Assembly: GCF_036365525.1 (NCBI RefSeq)
Contig: NC_090409.1
Coordinates: 39,256,437 to 39,320,436, forward strand
Origin: Heterodontus francisci
Taxonomy: Eukaryota
Length of the DNA stretch: 64,000 bases
Reading direction: 5' to 3'
The notes below the pieces were generated by a model. It was not told the origin of the DNA. It saw only the letters and a list, made by a program, of their open reading frames with translations, and did no database searches. Shown in pieces: positions 59,901-64,000 of the stretch. Position numbers and translations under genes: made by a program. How positions within the stretch are numbered: the stretch's first letter is position 1; each line of letters begins with the position of its first letter.

Positions 59901-62900
59901 GCCACTGTGCGTTGGTGGTGGAGGGAGTGAATGTTTGTAGATGGGGTGCCAATCAAGCGGGCTGCTTTGTCCTGGATGGTGTCGAGCTTCTTGAGTGTTG
60001 TTGGAGCTGCACCCATCCAGGCAAGTGGAGAGTATTCCATCACACTCCTGACTTGTGCCTTGTAGATGGTGGACAGGCTTTGGGGAGTCAGGAGGTGAGT
60101 TACTCGCCTCAGGATTCCAAGCCTCTGACCTGCTCTTGTAGCCATGGTATTTATATGGCTACTCCAGTTCAGTTTCTGGTCAATGGTAGCCCCTAGGATG
60201 TTGATAGTGGGGGATTCAGCGATGGTAATGCCGTTGAATGTCAAGGGGAGATGGTTAGATTCTCTCTTGTTGGAGATGGTGATTGCCTGGCACTTGTGTG
60301 GTGCGAATGTTACTTGCCACTTAACAGCCCAAGCCTGGATATTGTCCAGGTCTTGCTGCATTTCTACACGGACTGCTTCAGTATCTGAGGAGTCACGAAT
60401 GGTGCTGAACATTGTGCAATCACCAGCGAACATCCCCACTTCTGAACTTATGATTGAAAGAAGGTCATTGATGAAGCAGCTGAAGATGGTTGGGCCTCGG
60501 ACACTACCCTGAGGAATTAGAATTAGAACATTACAGCGCAGTGCAGGCCCTTCGGCCCTCGATGTTGCGCCGATCTGTGAAACCATCTGACCTACACTAT
60601 TCCATTTTCATCCATATGTCTATCCAATGACCACTTAAATGCCCTTAAAGTTGGCGAGTCTACTACTGTTGCAGGCAGGGCGTTCCACCCCCCTACTACT
60701 CTCTGAGTAAAGAAACTAACTCTGACATCTGTCCTATATCTATCACCCCTTAACTTAAAGCTATGTCCCCTCGTGTTTGCCATCACCATCCGAGGAAAAA
60801 GACTCTCACTATCCAACCTATCTAACCCTCTGATTATCTTATATGTCTCTATTAAGTCACCTCTCCTCCTCCTTCTCTCCAATGAAAACAACCTCAAGTC
60901 CCTCAGCCTTCCCTCCATACCAGGCAACATCCTAGTAAATCTCCTCTGCACCCTTTCCATAGCTTCCACATCCTTCCTATAATGCAGTGACCAGAACTGC
61001 ACGCAATACTCCAGGTGCGGTCTCACCAGAGTTTTGTACACCTGCAGCATGACCTCGTGGCTCCGAAACTCGATCCCCCTACTAATAAAAGCTAACACAC
61101 CATATGCCTTCTTAACAGCCCTATTAACCTGGGTAGCAACCTTCAGGGAATTATGCACCTGGACACCAAGATCTCTCTGTTCATCTACGCTACCAAGAAT
61201 CTTCCCATTAGCCCAGTACTCTGCATTGCTGTTACTCCTTCCAAAGTGAATCACCTCACACTTTTCCGCATTAAACTCCATTTGCCATCTCTCAGCCCAG
61301 CTCTGCAGCCTATCTATGTCCCTCTGTACCCTACAACATCCTTTGGCACTATCCACAACTCCACCGACCTTAGTGTCATCCGCAAATTTACTAACCCACC
61401 CTTCTACACCCTCTTCCAGGTCATTTATAAAAATGACAAACAGCAGTGGCCCCAAAACAGATCCTTGCGGTAGACCACTCGTAACTAAACTCCAGGATGA
61501 ACATTTGCCATCAACCACCACCCTCTGTCTTCTTTCAGCTAGCCAATTTCTGATCCAAAGCTCTAAATCACCTTCAACCCCATACTTCCGTATTTTCTGC
61601 AATAGCCTACCATGGGGAACCTTATCAAACGCCTTACTGAAATCCATATACACCACATCCACGTCTTTACCCTCATCCACCTGTTTGGTCACCTTCTCGA
61701 AAAACTCAATAAGGTTTGTGAGGCACGACCTACCCGTCACAAAACCGTGCTGACTATCGCTAATGAGGAACTCCTGCAGTGATGTCCTGGAGCTCAGATG
61801 ATTGACCTCCAACAACCACAACCATCTTCCTTTGTGCTAGGTATGACTTCAGCCAGCGGAGGGTTTTCCCCGATTCCCATCGACCTCAGTTTTGCGAGGG
61901 CTCCTTGATGCCATATTCGGTCAAATGCTGCCTTGATGTCAACGGCAGTCACTCTCACCTCACCTCTGGATTACTAGTCCAGGCCTCTGGATTACTAGTC
62001 TAGTAACATAACCACTGCACTACCGTACCAATAAAATCAGAGTAAATGCAGAATACCTGAAACAGAAACTTCTCACCTGTTACAGAGAGATCAACATCTT
62101 GATGAAAGACAACATCTGCCCTCTTGTAAAACTGGCACACATACTTGTACTGGTCTGACTGCCTGAGGTCAGAGATCATAACTGACCAGTTGCCTTGTTC
62201 CAGTTGATCTTTGAACAGGTTTGTTCTGTTTCTGAACCGTGGGTCTTGTAGTGCCAACTCATCATTTCCATTGGCAAATCTGTGTAAAACTCCACGCTTG
62301 AATATCCACCAAATTACCTGGAAATCAGAGACCGGGACATTCTCTTTGTAGACACAGGGCAGCACAACATGCTCCCCAAGGAACCCAGAAACTGGGACAG
62401 ACGAGTAACCTGGAAAAGATTGAAAGTATTTATCCACAGATATAACCTCCCTGCTGGTACATTCCATCCCAAGCTTCACATGGTTACACTGCGATGCTTG
62501 ATTTACAAGAAGCACTGATCAGTAACTCACTGCTTTCATTTCTGTGGGAAGGTTAAAGGTCAGGCATTAAGGGCCTTCAACTAAAACCAGCTTGTGCTGG
62601 ATATTTGTATCCACAGAGCAGCTGGACAGCACTTTGAATCGTGTGTTTCCCATTGTACACATGCTGGGAGAACACATCAGGATATTGGTCACCCTGCCCA
62701 CCTCCCCCCTTTGGGAGAACAATGACAGACCAGTGAACTGGCAGTGAGATCCCCAAACAAACACTGGATTTGGGACTGAGGTTTACAGAATCACCCAGGC
62801 TTCAACACTGAACCAACTAATCCGAGCTCTGCTGAACGTGAGAGCAGTCACAGCGCTTACCTGAAACAGCAGCAACAGCATTTAGCAGCAGCAGGAGGAG

Positions 62901-63293
62901 GAGGAGTTTCTGTAAGTTGGGTCCCTGCAACAAGAAAACACAGTTACCCCCCTTTACCACAGTTTCTTGCTGCTCATGTCCATTTCTGAACCGGACTGTG
63001 TCACTGTGTCCCCCACCCCTGGGTGTAGATTAACAGCTAGGTGTTTATTTTCAGTTTAAACACAGTTTCTCTCGCTCCATCTCCTGTCTGACATTTCTCC
63101 TTTTATAAATGAGACCCTGCCCCAGGGTCAGGAAGACAAAGCCCCGAAATAGAACAAACTCTTCCCCTTTTTAGAGGGAGACAAACAATAAAGAGGCGAA
63201 TCCTCGGGGAGAGAAAGGAAAGTTTCCCCCACATCCCCCTCCCTCTCCCCGGGTGTGAGACACTGACAATACCTGCAGCGCTTTTCCATCCAT
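53753..63293 (-). CDS. Copy C: complete single-IgV B7/BTN-like membrane protein, about 253 aa, full-length tail
   Basis: Exons 63293-63273, 62924-62861, 62409-62077, 56136-56083, 55202-55088 and 53927-53753 (TAA). All GT-AG, phases 0,1,1,1,2; 762 nt in total. AATAAA on - at 53356-53366. Confidence 0.87.
55088..55202 (-). CDS. Copy C transmembrane exon
   Basis: [38 protein letters not shown]. Confidence 0.85.
56083..56136 (-). CDS. Copy C stalk exon (ERTRTPVLNTPVLNTPVP)
   Basis: 54 nt; ttttctttag acceptor, gtaaat donor. Confidence 0.8.
56173..58281 (+). mobile_element. Decayed CR1 LINE present only in copy C, about 36 nt from the stalk-exon acceptor
   Basis: DKSSGPDDLHP, NYRPVSL and RGDLIQTYKI motifs with CR1 tail; empty site in B at about 20287. 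Confidence 0.9.
59531..61963 (-). mobile_element. Family-2 LINE with 10-bp TSD, carrying a nested CR1
   Basis: TSD CTCTGGATTA at 59521-59530 and 61964-61973; T tract at 59531; RT ORF 59825-60510. Confidence 0.9.
60517..61763 (-). mobile_element. Nested CR1 with 7-bp TSD
   Basis: TSD TGAGGAA at 60510-60516 and 61764-61770; open RT frame, very similar to 38110-39371. Confidence 0.93.
62077..62409 (-). CDS. Copy C IgV exon
   Basis: 333 nt, phase 1-1; [22 protein letters not shown] and DQYKYVC. Confidence 0.92.
62861..62924 (-). CDS. Copy C signal-peptide exon ([21 protein letters not shown])
   Basis: ttgcag acceptor, G|gtaagc donor. Confidence 0.85.
63273..63293 (-). CDS. Copy C first coding exon (MDGKALQ)
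   Basis: ATG GAT GGA AAA GCG CTG CAG|gtattg. Confidence 0.65.
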
Positions 63294-63407
63294 TCTCCCG
63301 AACCCTGATCATCCCCTCTCGGAGACGGGAGACAGGGAATCTGCTGCTCAACCCGGATCGGCCAACTGCGCCTGTTATACTTTGAAACACAGGGACGATA
63401 GGGGTAT

Positions 63408-64000
63408 GGTCCAGACAGAGGGGAATCAGTCCCGGTCCCCGTGTCTGTGTCTCTGTCCAGACAGAGGGGGGATCAGTCCCAGTCCCTGTGTCTGGGTTCA
63501 GACAGAGGGGGATCAGTCCTGGTCCCTGTGTCTGGGTCCAGACAGAGGGGAATCAGTCCTAGCCCCTGTGTCTGGGTCCAGACAGAGGGGGATCAGTCCT
63601 GGTCCCAGTGTCTGGGTTCAGACAGAGGGGGATCAGTCCGAGTCCCTGTGTCTGGGTCCAGACAGAGGGGGATCAGTCCCAGTCCCCGTGTCTGGGTCCA
63701 GACAGAGGGGGATCAGTCCCAGTCCCCGTGTCTGTGTCAGGGTCCAGACAGAGGGGTATCAGTCCCGGTCCCTGTGTCTGGGTCCAGACAGAGGATGATC
63801 AGTCTGGGTCCCTGTGTCTGGGTCCAGACAGAGAGGGATCAGTCCCGGTCCCTGTATCTGGGTCCAGACAGAGGGGGATCAGTCCCGGTCCCTGTATCTG
63901 GGTCCAGACAGAGGGGGATCAGTCCTAGTCCCTGTGTCTGGGTCCAGACAGAGGGGGATCAGTCCTGGTCCCTGTGTCTGGGTCCAGACATAGGGGGATC
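63408..64000. repeat. 40-bp minisatellite immediately upstream of copy C
   Basis: Unit GTCCAGACAGAGGGGGATCAGTCCCGGTCCCTGTGTCTGG (gacagagggg at 63501, 63541, 63581, 63621, 63661); runs off the window. A remnant of about 2 units lies at 26107-26180, upstream of copy B. Confidence 0.95.

Noticed and set aside
60510-60516. CR1 target preference for TGAGGAA, which also occurs in the 19-bp satellite
   Set aside because: The two insertions are in opposite orientation relative to the motif, the satellite TSD is ambiguous, and two cases are too few.
63382-63928. ORFs of 138 and 106 aa at the end of the window
   Set aside because: Translations of the 40-bp minisatellite.

Overview
Vertebrate genomic DNA, very likely from a cartilaginous fish (shark or ray), judging from CR1/HER1-type LINEs, an HE1-type V-SINE and Penelope, RTE and Tx1 remnants. 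The core of the window is a cluster of three paralogous genes for a small type-I membrane protein: leader, one B7/butyrophilin-type IgV domain, Pro/Thr stalk, TM helix and short tail. Copy A (+, 16-4385) has its 5' exons outside the window. Copies B (-, 25988-17655, about 211 aa) and C (-, 63293-53753, about 253 aa) are complete six-exon models with GT-AG introns and matching phases. The copies lie in inverted duplications of several kb and differ module by module: a highly divergent F-G patch in the V domain, stalk repeat number, TM length (22/27/30 aa), frameshift-truncated tails and a 22-bp coding micro-inversion, with relationships that suggest gene conversion. The window also holds a 43-bp satellite of about 76 units (about 3.5 units in the paralogous flank), a 19-bp satellite split by a CR1, an orphan copy of exon 1, an intronic solo LTR, and a LINE whose tRNA-type SINE head runs directly into an endonuclease ORF. 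All gene models come from manual reading, with no expression or database evidence.
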